A stretch of 63,973 nucleotides of DNA, filler included, from Choristocarpus tenellus KU-1152 (GCA_964200185.2; 9 parts of 9 records of this genome joined end to end with filler, not necessarily neighbours in it), one strand, 5' to 3'. Counted from the first letter of the whole stretch, positions 40,186-52,442 are shown. Numbers and translations: made by a program. The notes: a model not told the origin generated them from the letters alone.

Positions 40186-40538
40186 GACTCGCTATCTGCC
40201 GCGAACTTCTTCACACAGGCTAAGCGCTTGCAGCAGTCACCCTGTTCATTGACCGGGATGGGTTCAGCCCATTCTCGGCGAAGCTTGGCGCCGGTCGCTA
40301 AAGCGTCATTTGTAGAAAGCTCCAGCGCATCATTGTTGGCGGGCTGATGAGGGGGCAACACAGGGGGCGGAGCAGGCGACAAAAGCCACCCCTTTGCTGT
40401 GGGAGCAACTGTCAAGGTGTTTTTGGGCAACAGGCGGTCTTGGGCAGTGAGAAGGTCTAGGAGTGAATTGAATTCGAAGCCGGGCGTATGAACGATTTTT
40501 GAGCTTCGGGCGATCCGTGAGACCACCCTGAGATCCAT
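40186..40538 (-). pseudogene. N-terminal coding fragment with a Cys cluster, interrupted by the LTR
   Basis: Open frame ...EPIPVNEQGDCCKRLACVKKFAADSE then LTR sequence; start codon uncertain. Confidence 0.4.
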
Positions 40539-41020
40539 GATCCGGAAAACATGTGCATTATGGTTTTCAGAAATTAAAAACTCGATTATATTCGTAATTT
40601 CAATTTTTTTAAATATAAAGCACGTACTTTATTGGTCTTACACGTTTCCAATGTTCCGAAACTAAAGGTCCCAAAAAAATGGTACCCTATAATTCTTTAA
40701 ATACTAAAACCGCTTTTTGAGTTTCAGGTGGTCCGACGGACCACCCGAAACCCTTGAACCGCCAAAACACGTGCATTAGGGTTTTAGTGAAATAATAAAA
40801 ATATTCTATTCTTAATATCAACAAATAAAAATGCAAACCACATACTTAATTGATCTGATACGTTTGAAACGTTCCGAAACGAAAAGTCACAAAAAACTGA
40901 TACTCTCTATCTGTTTTAGATATGAAATCGTATACTGTTCGATATTCATATTTTTATAACCCATTTATCAACGGAAAGAGAAAGCTGAGTTCTTTGGGGA
41001 CCGACTGACCAGATGAAATA
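40495..41020. repeat. Two ~220-bp imperfect direct repeats plus a partial third core; best copy holds a 31-bp palindrome
   Basis: AAAAC(A/G)(T/C)GTGCATTA.GGTTTT and ACGTTT..AA.GTTCCGAAAC.AAA.GTC.CAAAAAA occur twice; palindrome GTTTCAGGTGGTCCG-A-CGGACCACCCGAAAC at 40721-40751. Confidence 0.8.
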
Positions 41021-41127
41021 AAGCAGCACCTCCCAGCCCTCACTCCTCATTTCCATTCCTTCCCTTCCGCACATACCACCAGCAGCTCTTACTTATCTAT
41101 CCCCGTCACACCCTCCCAATCTTCGCC

Positions 41128-43255
41128 ATGTCCAACATTCGCTCAACAACGACCCCCCTGCCCGCCGATGGCGCTGCCCATGGATCGAGAGCGTCGTACA
41201 GCAATGCCAAGGGCATGTCCAATCTCCTTGAACATCACTACCTCGGCACGTACAAGATGAAACTAGGCAACATCACATGCACGGAGATGGTGCGTCCCCT
41301 GAGCAAGCATGGCCTTGCGCGCGTCAGCAAGTCCATCCGTGAAGAAGGCTGGCTCGAGCAGTTTGCTCTGTCCATCGTCATCCAACGAGACTACTTAGGC
41401 AACGGGGACCAGCTCACCGCCGACACTGTGCTTGCCGTTCAAGGATGAACACTGGACAGAAACCATAGAATAACGGTGTTGAAGAGAGAGTTTGATCCCG
41501 AATGCGCTTTCATGAGGCAGGTCTACATGGAGTTCAACCAAGCAGAAGAGAGGCTAATTGCCAACGGTGGGTGATGGAGTGTTGTCGTTGTTCCATGATC
41601 GTCTGACTCTTCTGCTCAACTAAGCAACTAAGTAAGTTGAGTGTTGTCCTTGTTTCATGATCGCCTGATGACTCTTCTGATCTACCAAGTTGTTGCCGTG
41701 TTTCCTTTGTTTGGTTCATCGTCAGTCAGCCTGTTGTTGATCTTTTCGTTGTTGACCTTTTTTATCCCTCGTGGTATTTCTGTCGGCGGCAACATGTTGC
41801 TCACTACTGCCTGCCGCGTGTGTCCCGCGACCGCTTCCCACCTACCCCTTGCCCCGTTTGCCCACTGCACCGCCACGCTTATAGCATTCAACGATGCGAC
41901 CGAGAGTGTGGTTGAGCGCACGCTGTACGATAAGGTATATTTTCAGCACGAGCTCGAAGAAGCTATCAAGCAACAGACGAAGAAGAAAGAAGTGTCACTA
42001 GCAGAGATCCCGAAAATGTACAAAAAGGTGAGGGAGTTGTCAACATTGGTGGGATGGTGACGCTCTACTCCTCCTCTTGTTGGGTTACAGCTGTTGTGAA
42101 ATCTCTCTGTGTCCTACTATTCAACCTAAGTTGAGATAGTTATCCCGTGTTTAGCAACCCTGTCAACCAAATTCTTGATTTTCGGGTGACCATGTAGTAT
42201 GTGTGTGCGCAAAATCACAGAAGAAGTGAACAGTTTTTTCTTTCAGCACTAGGTAGGCCAGGCCACTGAGTATCATACCGCCCCCCCCCCCCCTCCCACG
42301 GGTAAGGTCCACTCCTTACCCGGACCGTTGCGGTTTTGCCTGAATTAATAAACACACGATGCGTCATTTTGTGAACCAAACCCTCTCCTTCGTGGGCAAC
42401 CACATGCTGTGTCTGTGTTGTATACAAACGATAAATAAAAAGCGTTCTTGTTTGTTTTATCGTTAGGCCAGGCCTCTGAAGAACACCCCCTCCCCACTCA
42501 TACATACCCCGTTGGCGTGGTAATAACGATGCCTCATCCTGGCTGGCTGGGTGCATTATATTTTTCAATTTCTGCCCATCGCGAAGGTGGGCGTTACTCC
42601 CCCGCTGAAAACAACTCTACGAAACTGGCAGCAAGGCGTAAAGTCCCTTCAACCAGAGTCCTTCGAGGTACTGAAGGAAGGGTGTGAGACCTCGTCACCA
42701 CAGGTCACACTGAGCTATCTGACTCGCGAGGAGTTTGCCGGCTTCACTTCTCTCAAGCAGGGGCTATGCATCCGTCTGCTTGCGAGGCAAGTCAAACCAC
42801 CACTGTGTTTTATCGTGTAGACAGCAGTAAGCGACATGTGTGCCGGTCGCAAGCACCTTGTACAGGAACGTTCAACGTTCAAGTGTCTCCTACAATGAAG
42901 ACCGCAGTTGGGCATTGTTGTATCGAACGACGAACCGTTTGTAGTACAGTGGAAAGACTACCTGCAGTGTGTGTTTCCTGTGTATGTGTACTCTTGTCTT
43001 TTCTGAACTACGACAATCGTTCCATAGAATATTTTCTGCAGTGGCGACGCTTTACTCATCATTACCTGCGCATTGTTCTCGTTGACCTCCTTCATTGCCA
43101 TTCTCTTTTTGCAGGTACAAGTTGTTCAACGGGAAGACTCCTACGGCAAGGGACTACAAGGAGGTCGAATCGGACGCGCACACGTCCGAGATGCTTATCT
43201 CGCGCACCAGGCAGATTGTACCCAAGGAGAAGTGGACACCAGAGCTCCAAAGGTT
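41128..43255 (+). pseudogene. Spliced ParB/Sulfiredoxin-like + HTH gene (exons ~41128-41566, 41885-42027, 42587-42786, 43115-43255); one in-frame TGA, 3' part lost at contig end
   Basis: VRPLSKHGLARVSKSIREEGW...*TLDRNHRITVLK...RLIAN|AFNDATESVVERTLYDK...KTTLRNWQQ; splice sites keep the frame (one GC donor). Confidence 0.65.
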
Positions 43256-43772
43256 GGTAAATGGTGCAGTTGCAGCGGTTCTCTCTTTTTTTTTTTGCCT
43301 TTTTCGTATATCCTNNNNNNNNNNNNNNNNNNNNNNNNNNNNNNNNNNNNNNNNNNNNTTAATTAATTAANNNNNNNNNNNNNNNNNNNNNNNNNNNNNN
43401 NNNNNNNNNNNNNNGGAAAAATAGGCCCCGAATGGACATCCGCCACCCCCCACCCCCCCACCCCAGATACTTTGAGCCCATCTTCACGATTCTTGATGTC
43501 TTTTTTTATTTCAAGAAAGCAGTCATTGGTAATTGGTAATGCAGTAAGGCAGTAATGCAGTAAGGCAGTAAGGCAGTATTATTGTACTCAACGTGTACGC
43601 AAGGTGAACGGCTTCTTGTGTGAGTGTATTGTTTTGTCAACTCAAAATGAACCCCAATTTAGGACGTTGCTTCCCTCTAGCAGTTGACCTTGAGACTTTT
43701 TTAAAGGTCATTTCTAGGTTTGAGTCATTGTGGTTGTACACTGAACCGGAAGGGTGAATTTGGTCTGGAGAG

Positions 43773-44034
43773 TAGTGAAAGTATCTTAAGAGGGTACGAA
43801 TTTTGCCCTGTTTGTCCATTCGGGGCTTGGCTTCCCTCGGGTTTTTTAATGACATTTTCCCACTACAAAATAATTTCAGAGTAGGTCAAATGCATACGTT
43901 ATGAAAAGCTGTGTCCGGAACAAGGATATTGACACTCTCTAACAAAGCACGATAGTCAAAATTGCATCGAGATTGCAACATTGTATTTTGGCCCCAAAAT
44001 GGATGTGACTCTACCCTCTAAGATACTTTGGTCT
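43773..44034 (-). mobile_element. MITE family A
   Basis: TAGTGAAAGTATCTTAAGAGGG...CCCTCTAAGATACTTTGGTC. Confidence 0.85.
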
Positions 44035-46069
44035 GCAGGCACTAAAAAGGGTTCTGATTGGTCGCTGCAGTGGGCATCAGTAGGATTTTGTTTTTATTAA
44101 GCTGAAGTGGTTAAAGACTTCTGTATAGCTTTTTCCAATCAATTAAAAGTGTAACTCCTTTTTTTTCTAAATGTCGAAGATTCCAGAAGCACATATATTT
44201 TATATTTTATTTTTTGTTTCTGCTCCGTTTTTATTATTTTTAATAATGCGTGATAAATTAGGTGGACGGAAAACCTGCCTGCCCGATATAGACAACCATG
44301 CACCTCCTACAGGAAAAAAGAGGGGAAAAAAGTATGCTTGGGCAAAATAAAAAAACGCGATGGTCAAGGAGGGGAGGAACAGGTTAGAGTTGCATAGGTC
44401 AAGCCTAACTAACAACCCCTTAGACCTATGAGGGCAGAGTACTCTTTTGGCTCGTGACTTCACCTAGATCTACACTGGTCACCTCAAGAGTGAAGTCTTA
44501 GGACCCACCCTAATGCACTGAGTCAGAATAAGCGAGAGGCACCCAGAGTTGCATTTTAAGGATGCTGGCAAATACGTCCAAAATTCGACTTTTTCTTTCA
44601 CCAAAGTTCGCAGGATATTTTCCGAGTTTTGTCAAAAAGAACAAGCAAACAACAGAGAAATCAACCCACTCGAGTCAAACTTAGCACTTCATCCGCAGAA
44701 ATTTGGGTCAATCGCAAGAGATTGAAAAGTTGGCTTACAATGCGAAACGACTGAAGACTGCTGGGTACCTCTTGTCCACTTTGACGGTTGTGCAGTGGTA
44801 CCTTACGGTGTCTTCCCATACTGTGATGATCGTCTCATGCTGCACTGTTCTTTTCAGACTGTGAGAGCGCAGTAATTGGTTTACTTCAATTAATAATGAT
44901 TGTACGATCTGGCTTTGACCTCGTCCTCCTCTCTACGTGTTTTGCATGACAAGAAAAATATTTTGCGATGGAGAGACCTTTAAAAATAATAAATAATATA
45001 AAGTGTTCATTCTTGGGTTTTTGTTCGAAAGTAAAAGTGAGTTTTATGTTTATAGTACAAGGAATATATATATATATATATATATATATTCCTCAATAAC
45101 AGTATCCTATGTCTCGTATGTGTTGATATTGTTGCTCGACACATTGTGATAAGAAACTCACACTTAGACTCATTGCTAGTGACCATAATGTCCTAGCAAA
45201 AAAGGTTTAAACTTTCCGGTTTTTCAATACGCATATATATATATATGTTAGGAACGGGACAGGAGAACAGTCCTTGAAACATCTGAAGAATCAGAAATCC
45301 TAGAAAATTTTAGCATTAAGTTACTGTCATTGTTTGTCGATAGAAACAGGCCTTGGAAGTATAATTGTTAGGGTCGTAAATTGCTATGTTTGTTTGAGCC
45401 GATTCGTTTTTAGTCAAGAGGATATTCGATATCGAAATTGGAAAATTTTCATCAGTTAACTTTTTTTCTTTTGCGCGAATGTGTGCTGCGTGATTGAATA
45501 GAAATTTCTTTGACGGTGCTCAGCATTTTCCTCATGGTCACCTCGCCTTTGTGCTTCGAGCGCGTTTTTGTTTCGATTCAATCGAGTACATGGGGAAAAA
45601 TTGAAAGGCTTATTTTTGTGTACACTAACTTATCTTCTTTTGGTCCAGAACGGTGTGAAAATGCCTCAAGAGCAAGCATTTGTTCCCTGCGCCTTGTGCT
45701 TGAAGGCAGAAGGTAATATCAAGGGTGAAGTGGGCGTGGTTGAAGCTTGGGCATTTTGATTAGACTTTGTTATGTGAATTCATGGGACCAATGAGACAAT
45801 AGATTCGAATTTGAAGTGTTTTCAGATCGTTGATTGCGTGGGGGAGTGGAAGGGCTTTCAACAGGAAAGCATAGGGTGTAATTGGGACGGAGCAATATAT
45901 ACAGTATACTGCTAGTACGTTGGGATGAGCGGAAAAGGAAAATAAGAAGCAGTCTTATCCCTCTTTATCTTACTACACGTACAAGGGATGAACGTATGTC
46001 CTTGTGTGTACTCGAACTTGAAATAATGTCAAAAGGCAAAAATGGTAACAGATAGGGGTTTTCTTTTTC

Positions 46070-46675
46070 TTGTTGCCAAAATTTGGACCAATGAGAAACC
46101 CCCATTCAATTTTTTCCTTCCGATTTCCGTCCTTCGTCCATCACCCACAACTGTTCCACCAAAGTGTGTGGTCAGCACCCAGCCTAAGAATGCTTGCTCA
46201 GTTCTCTGCTTTTGTGGCACTTTTTTCGAACTCTCAATCCCTCTCTCTTCCTTTGGTGTTGTCTTGCTCTGCCTCACAGAGTCACTACTGTCTTGTGGTG
46301 GCAGCCAAGGGTAAGGACATGGTTCGAAGACTGGCAGAAATGCGACTGGGACCCTGTCAGAGGGGAAGGGAGAGAGTTCAAGAAAATCACGATTCGTACA
46401 TACCTAAAACAATTACAACAGTCCCAGTCAGCAGGGCCGATGACATAGTTTTGCAGGGGGGGGGAAGCAGACAGGGGGAATTTCTGCTGAAATGGGATCA
46501 TCATCGTGACACCGCCTTCAGTAGTGGGGAAGATGAGATTGCCCTTCAGAGTTGGGCAAGAAGGGGGGTGGTTGATAACACAGGGCATCCATTGCCGATT
46601 GCTCCGCTGCCTTTGTTGAAGGAGCCTGGAGTTACCCCTTGCGGGGTTGAAGAGCAGTGGGCGGTTGATGTGTGA
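46070..46675 (+). CDS. Possible exon/ORF of unknown function
   Basis: 201-codon open frame with no recognisable motif. Confidence 0.25.
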   Translation: MLPKFGPMRNPHSIFSFRFPSFVHHPQLFHQSVWSAPSLRMLAQFSAFVALFSNSQSLSLPLVLSCSASQSHYCLVVAAKGKDMVRRLAEMRLGPCQRGRERVQENHDSYIPKTITTVPVSRADDIVLQGGGSRQGEFLLKWDHHRDTAFSSGEDEIALQSWARRGVVDNTGHPLPIAPLPLLKEPGVTPCGVEEQWAVDV

Positions 46676-49542
46676 CTTTCTTTTTGGGGTATGAGTAAGT
46701 GTATGCTTAGTGGTTGTGGTAAAAATGTCAGTACTTCCTAAAACACCCTCATTCTGTACTTGATACTCTGGACTATAATAATATATATATACATGATGTG
46801 TTCAACATCTTGGTTTGGGGCATAGGGTTAGGGGACATACGTATATACATGCGTGTTGCGGAAAAGAAACATAGGGACATTTTATTCCTGCAGCCAATAG
46901 AAAAAAGAGGAAAATATAGTTTTTAGAGTTCATTTAATTCATAGATAATGTGTATTTCATTATTGAGATGTTATCACTATTCTTGTCAGAAACATACACC
47001 TTGTAACTTCCTTTACCCACTCTAAAAATCTCTTCCTAGTTGATGTATTTTGGGAAAGTCAATATTGACTTATGGCAGAAATGTTCCTCAACATGAGGTC
47101 AGGGTAGAGCTTAACCGAGTTATTGATCGCAAGATGGCAACAGTACCGTTCTCTCCTCTTGTTGTGGTTGGTCCACTCATTAATCCCTCATACAGGGGGG
47201 GGTGGGGGACGAAAAACTTGCATGTCGTTCTAATTGTTCACCCTTTATGTTATCTTACGCAACTACCAAGAGAAGGGGATTAAGTCGAAATAGATGTTGG
47301 GGGACTTTCCCTCTCAGAATCAAAAAGGGATCAAGCGTTGTGGCGTGAATGATGGGCGGTTGGCTGAATTCAATGATAGGATAAGAAGGAAGGTCCAAGT
47401 CTTGAATATTTTATCAGTTGGGGAAAAATTGTAGAAGCGAAAGAGTCAAGGTACAAAAGATACGGATTTCTATTTTTTTGGAGCAAGCATCGCTCAATAG
47501 TTTGGGGAGTGCAAGTAATGAGTTCTTCACTGTCTCGTGAACCGGGTGTCTACAGTCCACATCCTTTTGTAATACAAGTATTGTTCGAGCTTCAACTCAA
47601 TCGACTGATACCAATGCATTATTCTTCATCGAAATAAGTTGGTACTTATGAACTCGTTAACCCTGACTCGAAAACTGGATCTCAGATATCTTTCTGCCAA
47701 TTCTGAAGACTACAGTGCTTAAGGAGCATCTTGCGGTGTATCAGGGAATAAGTTGGACGTTTAGGTTGCCAGTGATTCAGATCATACCAAAATTTGTCAT
47801 AGTTTGCTTCTCCTGATCAAATATGCCTCACTCAACGGAAGTGATTCATTTTCTAGCTTACGCTCCCTCAATACTACAATGAATGGGTCGTCTGTGATTT
47901 TTTATCGTATAGTGAATGGGATAGATGGGCTGTTCATACTGTACGCAACCGAGAAGGGTGACACGGGAAACAATGACGGTGAGAGCTAACTGTCCTTAGA
48001 GGCACAGGGTCAAGGGGAGGATCCTCTTGTACAGATACAGTAATTAAATGAAGCTTGAAGTATTGCATGTGAGTTAGTTCAATCTATCGACTATTTTGTC
48101 TCCTGAACCAAAGAAAGGTTGGAGGTTGAATTCTCATTCTTATAAATTGTTTATTTTCATTTCTTGACAATATTATTTAAACGATTCATGTTGGTATATC
48201 AGAAAAAAAAGTCCTAATAATGTGGAAAACAGGAATTTTTCGGTGGAGTAGGACAATTTGGCGTCGAGGTCCCAAATGGAGTAGAACGTGCACTCCTGGA
48301 TATCCGCCCAAGGAATGAGTGCAGAGAATGGGTCATCAGTTTGGACGGAAGGAGTGCTTTCAACAGCGTACGTCACTGCCCTCCCAGAGGCTCTGCCAGG
48401 ACCTACCTTATGTCTCTAAGGTATATGGGAACACCCGAAATCTTCTTTTCCTCCTGGATGAGGGAGGGATGAAAATCCTACAATCAATATCTGGGGCCCA
48501 ACTGACCCCTCTTATATTGCATGGCAACACACAAGGCCTTGCAAGGCCCAATCAGTCTTTGGACCCCAAGGGATATCCTTCCGAAGCTACCTGGACGACA
48601 CATCCGTATCAGCTGGAGAGATAGGCCCTAACACTGTTGCTGCTTTCGAGCAGTTAAAAACTGACCTCCATGAGGTAGGCATTGGCCTCAATATGGACAA
48701 GACCTTTGCCGCACCTCCCCAGGGCCACCAACCCATGCCCCATCGGAACTGGAGCTTCTCTCTGCAGCGGAATCAACCTACCCTAACCCCAATGGTTTTG
48801 TCACTTTAGAGGCTCCAGTGTAAACAGATGGTTTAATTCAAGCTCACGTGGCTGAGGTGATCGAGAGCTCTGGGACACGAGCTTTGGCCCCATACCTCAG
48901 CAAGATGGAGGACAAGCAGGTGGTCAGGTTCCTCAACTCCTGGTCCCTCTCCTCCCGGCCAGGCTATCTAGCGAGGTTCACTCCCCCCCTCCTGGCACGC
49001 TCCACCATGGAGCAAGCAGACAACACCTCACTATGGACACTAGAGAGGATAATGGAGGTGGAAGACTGAGAAGACACAATTTTTTTTGAGGGAGGGTGCA
49101 ACAATGGGTCTCTCTGCCTAGAGACCCACCAACAAGTACAGGCACAGATGCCTACAAGTGCGGGGAGTCTGGGCCTATCCTCTATGAAACACCGCCAACA
49201 TGCGACTTTCGTAGGATCACTGGTAGCTACTCTCCCCACCCTCCTCGCAAGTCAGCAAGGGACTCGTGGCGAGTCCTTCTTACAAGCTATATGTACGAGC
49301 CCCACCATTCAGGGCTTAGGAACATCCATTCACTCCCTCCTAGCCACAGGCGTCCCCACAGAAGACCTTGCCGAAATCATTATTGGCCAAGACTGGGTAA
49401 CCTGGGGGGGCACAACATCCCCTGCAGCTGCTCCAGAGGGACATATTCTACCTGCCCATGACGCCAGGATCACAAGGAGGGCTCAACACGAAATCACACT
49501 CCTCCTGAACAAGATCCGTTTTGACTCCTTCAGGACACGACT

Positions 49543-50037
49543 GAGTGAAATTATCTTAGAGGGTACGATATTGCCCTGTTTGTCCATTTGGGGCTTGGCT
49601 TCCCACGGGTTTTTAATTACATTTTACCCACTCCAAAACATTTTGGGGTAGGTAAAATCTATACGTTATGAAAAATAGTGTCCAGACAAGTATATTGACA
49701 TCTCCTAACAAACATGATAGCCATAATTACGAGTGAAAGTATCTTAGAGGGTAAGAATTTTGCCCTGTTTGTCCATTTGGGGCTTGGCTTCCTATGAGTT
49801 TTTATGACATTTTACCTACTCCGAAACGACGTTATGAAAAGGTGTTCGGAACAAGGATATTGAAACTTCCTAACTAACACAATAGCCAAAATTACATCAC
49901 AATTGCAACATTGGATTTTTGGTCCCAAACGGACGCGGCTCTACCCTCTAAGATACTTTGACTCTTACATCAAAATTGCAACATTGGATTTTGATCCCCA
50001 AATGGACGCGGCTCTACCCTCTAAGATAATTTGACTC
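49543..50037 (-). mobile_element. Family A MITE with a second family A MITE nested inside (49731-49964, TSD TTAC)
   Basis: aa-TTAC-[GAG...CTC]-TTAC-atcaaaa restores the family consensus when the insert is removed. Confidence 0.92.
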
Positions 50038-50434
50038 AATTGGCGGGCCTTCTAAATGAGGCACACCAAGGGAGGGGAAGCTCCTTGTTGGCCCTAGCGC
50101 GCCACCGGAGTCAGTGTGGACACGGGGCAAACGCATGGGCCTCAACTCAACCTCTGGGACCAGCATGCCAGATACCCCCTCTGAAATTCAAGCTCACAGT
50201 CAGCAGATCCCTAGAGAGTGAGGAGGCCATATCCAACAAGGGTCCAGTGGCAGGGTGCAGGAGGCAAAATGTTGATACCAGACATGCCCGTACCTGCCCT
50301 AGGGAAGGGGGACAGATACGACAGCACACTCCAATGGTGAAATGCCTGCACTAACTATGCAAGGGGATGGGCATCCCTTGCACTATTGAGGACCGTAACC
50401 CTTTCACAGTGGACAGGAATCTCCGCATGGATCT

Positions 50435-51596
50435 GAGGCAAAGTATCTTTGAGCGTAGAGCCGCGTTCATTTAGGTGTCAAAATCTAATGTAGCGATTTT
50501 GATGTAATTTTAGTTATTGTATTTGTTAGGAAGTGTCAATATCTATGTTTCGGACACACCTTTTCAAAAAGTATACATTTTAACTACTCCTATACATTTT
50601 GGAGTAGGAAAATGTTGTAAAAAAAAACTCCGGAAACCCAAGCCCCAAATGGGCAAGCAGGGCAAAACTCGTACCCTCTAAGATAATTTCACTCCTTTTT
50701 CATGACGTATATACTTTACCTACTTCGAATCATTTTGGAATAGGAAAATGCCATAGAATAACCCATGAGAAGCCAAGCCCCAAATGGACAAACAGGGCGA
50801 AACTCGTACCCTCTAAGGCACTTTCACTCATTCCCCTTTCCACCGAAAAAAAGTGACGCCACAATCAAGGAAAGGCAGCTGTACAAAACGGTGTATTTTT
50901 GCCCTTTCTTGGGATCCTTGAAAAGCAACCCTGCCTACCTCTCTATTGGTTTTGGCTCTATGGTTACTCTATATGGATAGCATTTGGTGAAGGGTGGGAT
51001 GGATACACTCTAAAACAGAGTTTTCCTGTGGTCTATAGGATGTGGAACGAGGTCTATGGTACCCCAAACTGTTTGAGTCGAAGTATCTTAGGGGGTAGAT
51101 CCGCGTCCGTTTGGGGACCAAAATCCAATGTTGCGATTGAGTGAAAGTATCTTAGAGGGTACGAGTTGTTCCCTGTTCGTCCATTTGGGGCTTGGCTTTC
51201 CATGGGGTTTTTTATTACATTTTCCTACTCCAAAATGTTTCGGATTAGGTAAAATGTATACTTTATGAAAAGGTGTGTCCAGAACAAGGATATTGACACT
51301 TCCTAACAAACACGATCGCGAAAATTACATCAAAATCGCAACATTGGATTTTGGACCCCATATGGACGCGGCTCTACCCTCTAAGATACGTTGCCTCCAT
51401 TTTGATGTAGTTTTGGCTATCTTGTTTGTTTGGAAGTGTCAATATCCTTGTTCTGGACACATCTTTTCATAACGTAAATATTGTACCTATTCCAAACCAT
51501 TTCGGAATAGGAAATTGTCATAAAAAAAACCGTGCGAAGCCAAGCCCTAAACGGACAATCAGGGCAAAACTCGTACCATCTAAGATACTTTCACCC
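50435..51596 (+). mobile_element. MITE A cluster: full copy 50435-50694, half copy 50695-50829, non-MITE spacer 50830-51074, copy 51075-51596 with nested inverted copy 51139-51397
   Basis: Family A termini at each boundary; the whole block is flanked by TCT/TCT within the retrotransposon ORF. Confidence 0.88.
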
Positions 51597-52373
51597 TCTG
51601 GTGTTCCATGCAGGGGCAATAGCGGACGCCGGAACAGCCCCCTACAGGGACAAAGGCCTTCTGCTAGATGTAACCTTCGCAGAGGTACAGGCACCCTCCC
51701 ATTTTACCCACTCATCCACCAGCAATGGTGTAGCTGATGCTGCAGCCGAGGCGCAAAAGCGCACCCACTACGAGAGCTCCTTTGATCATCATAGTTACAA
51801 CCTCAACACCTTCACGGTGGAAAGTTTGGGGCACCTCGGCAAGCGAGCGGAATGCTTCCTGGATGAGCTGGCTACTCACATGGTGGGGAGGAGAGGTAAA
51901 GGAGGATATAGAAGGAAAGGAGTAGTTAAATCCCGGCTACGCCAACCTGTCTTGGTAACTACGCAAGTGGCACTGCCTAGACGTATCATGCATTTTTAAC
52001 CTGGAATCACCAGGGAGATGGGCACAGAGGGGTTTATTGGATTCTTGGGATGCCTCCGTAGCTCCTCCCAGGGCACAGATATAGGTAAATTGGAGACACA
52101 GGAGGGCAGTAGTACAAGATAGATTGTCAGTATATAAGCCCTAAGGAAATAAAATGTCATAAATGTGAAAAACCCTAATCCATTTGTTACTTCGCCACTA
52201 TGTTGTACTACTGCCCTCCTGTGTCTCCAATCTACCTATAACTGTGCTATGTGTAAAGTTTTCATTGATTTCCCCCTGATACATCTGCAAAATGTCAGAG
52301 GGCATACTAATAGATATAGATATATGTGGAAAGCATGTTTGTTTGTCGTTACACCGTTATTGCCGTATGTAAT

Positions 52374-52442
52374 GGCTCAAAGTATCTGGGAGGGGGTGGC
52401 GGCTGTCCATTTGGGGTCAATTTTTTCATGTCGCGATTTTTG
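52374..52442 (+). mobile_element. MITE family B left end at contig end (other contig-edge fragments: 32305-32379, 43415-43478, 57498-57518, 60886-60904)
   Basis: GGCTCAAAGTATCTGGGAGGGGGTGGCGGCTGTCC. Confidence 0.85.

Larger units (their letters stand above)
48222..52330 (+). mobile_element. 5'-truncated, decayed CRE-like non-LTR retrotransposon (RT, Zn finger, restriction-like endonuclease), interrupted by MITE clusters
   Basis: GQFGVEVPNGVE...VISLDGRSAFNSV, YLDD, PVAGC..DTRHARTC..IRQH, RMDL|V...LLLDVT...EAQKRTHY...FTVESLG. Confidence 0.85.
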
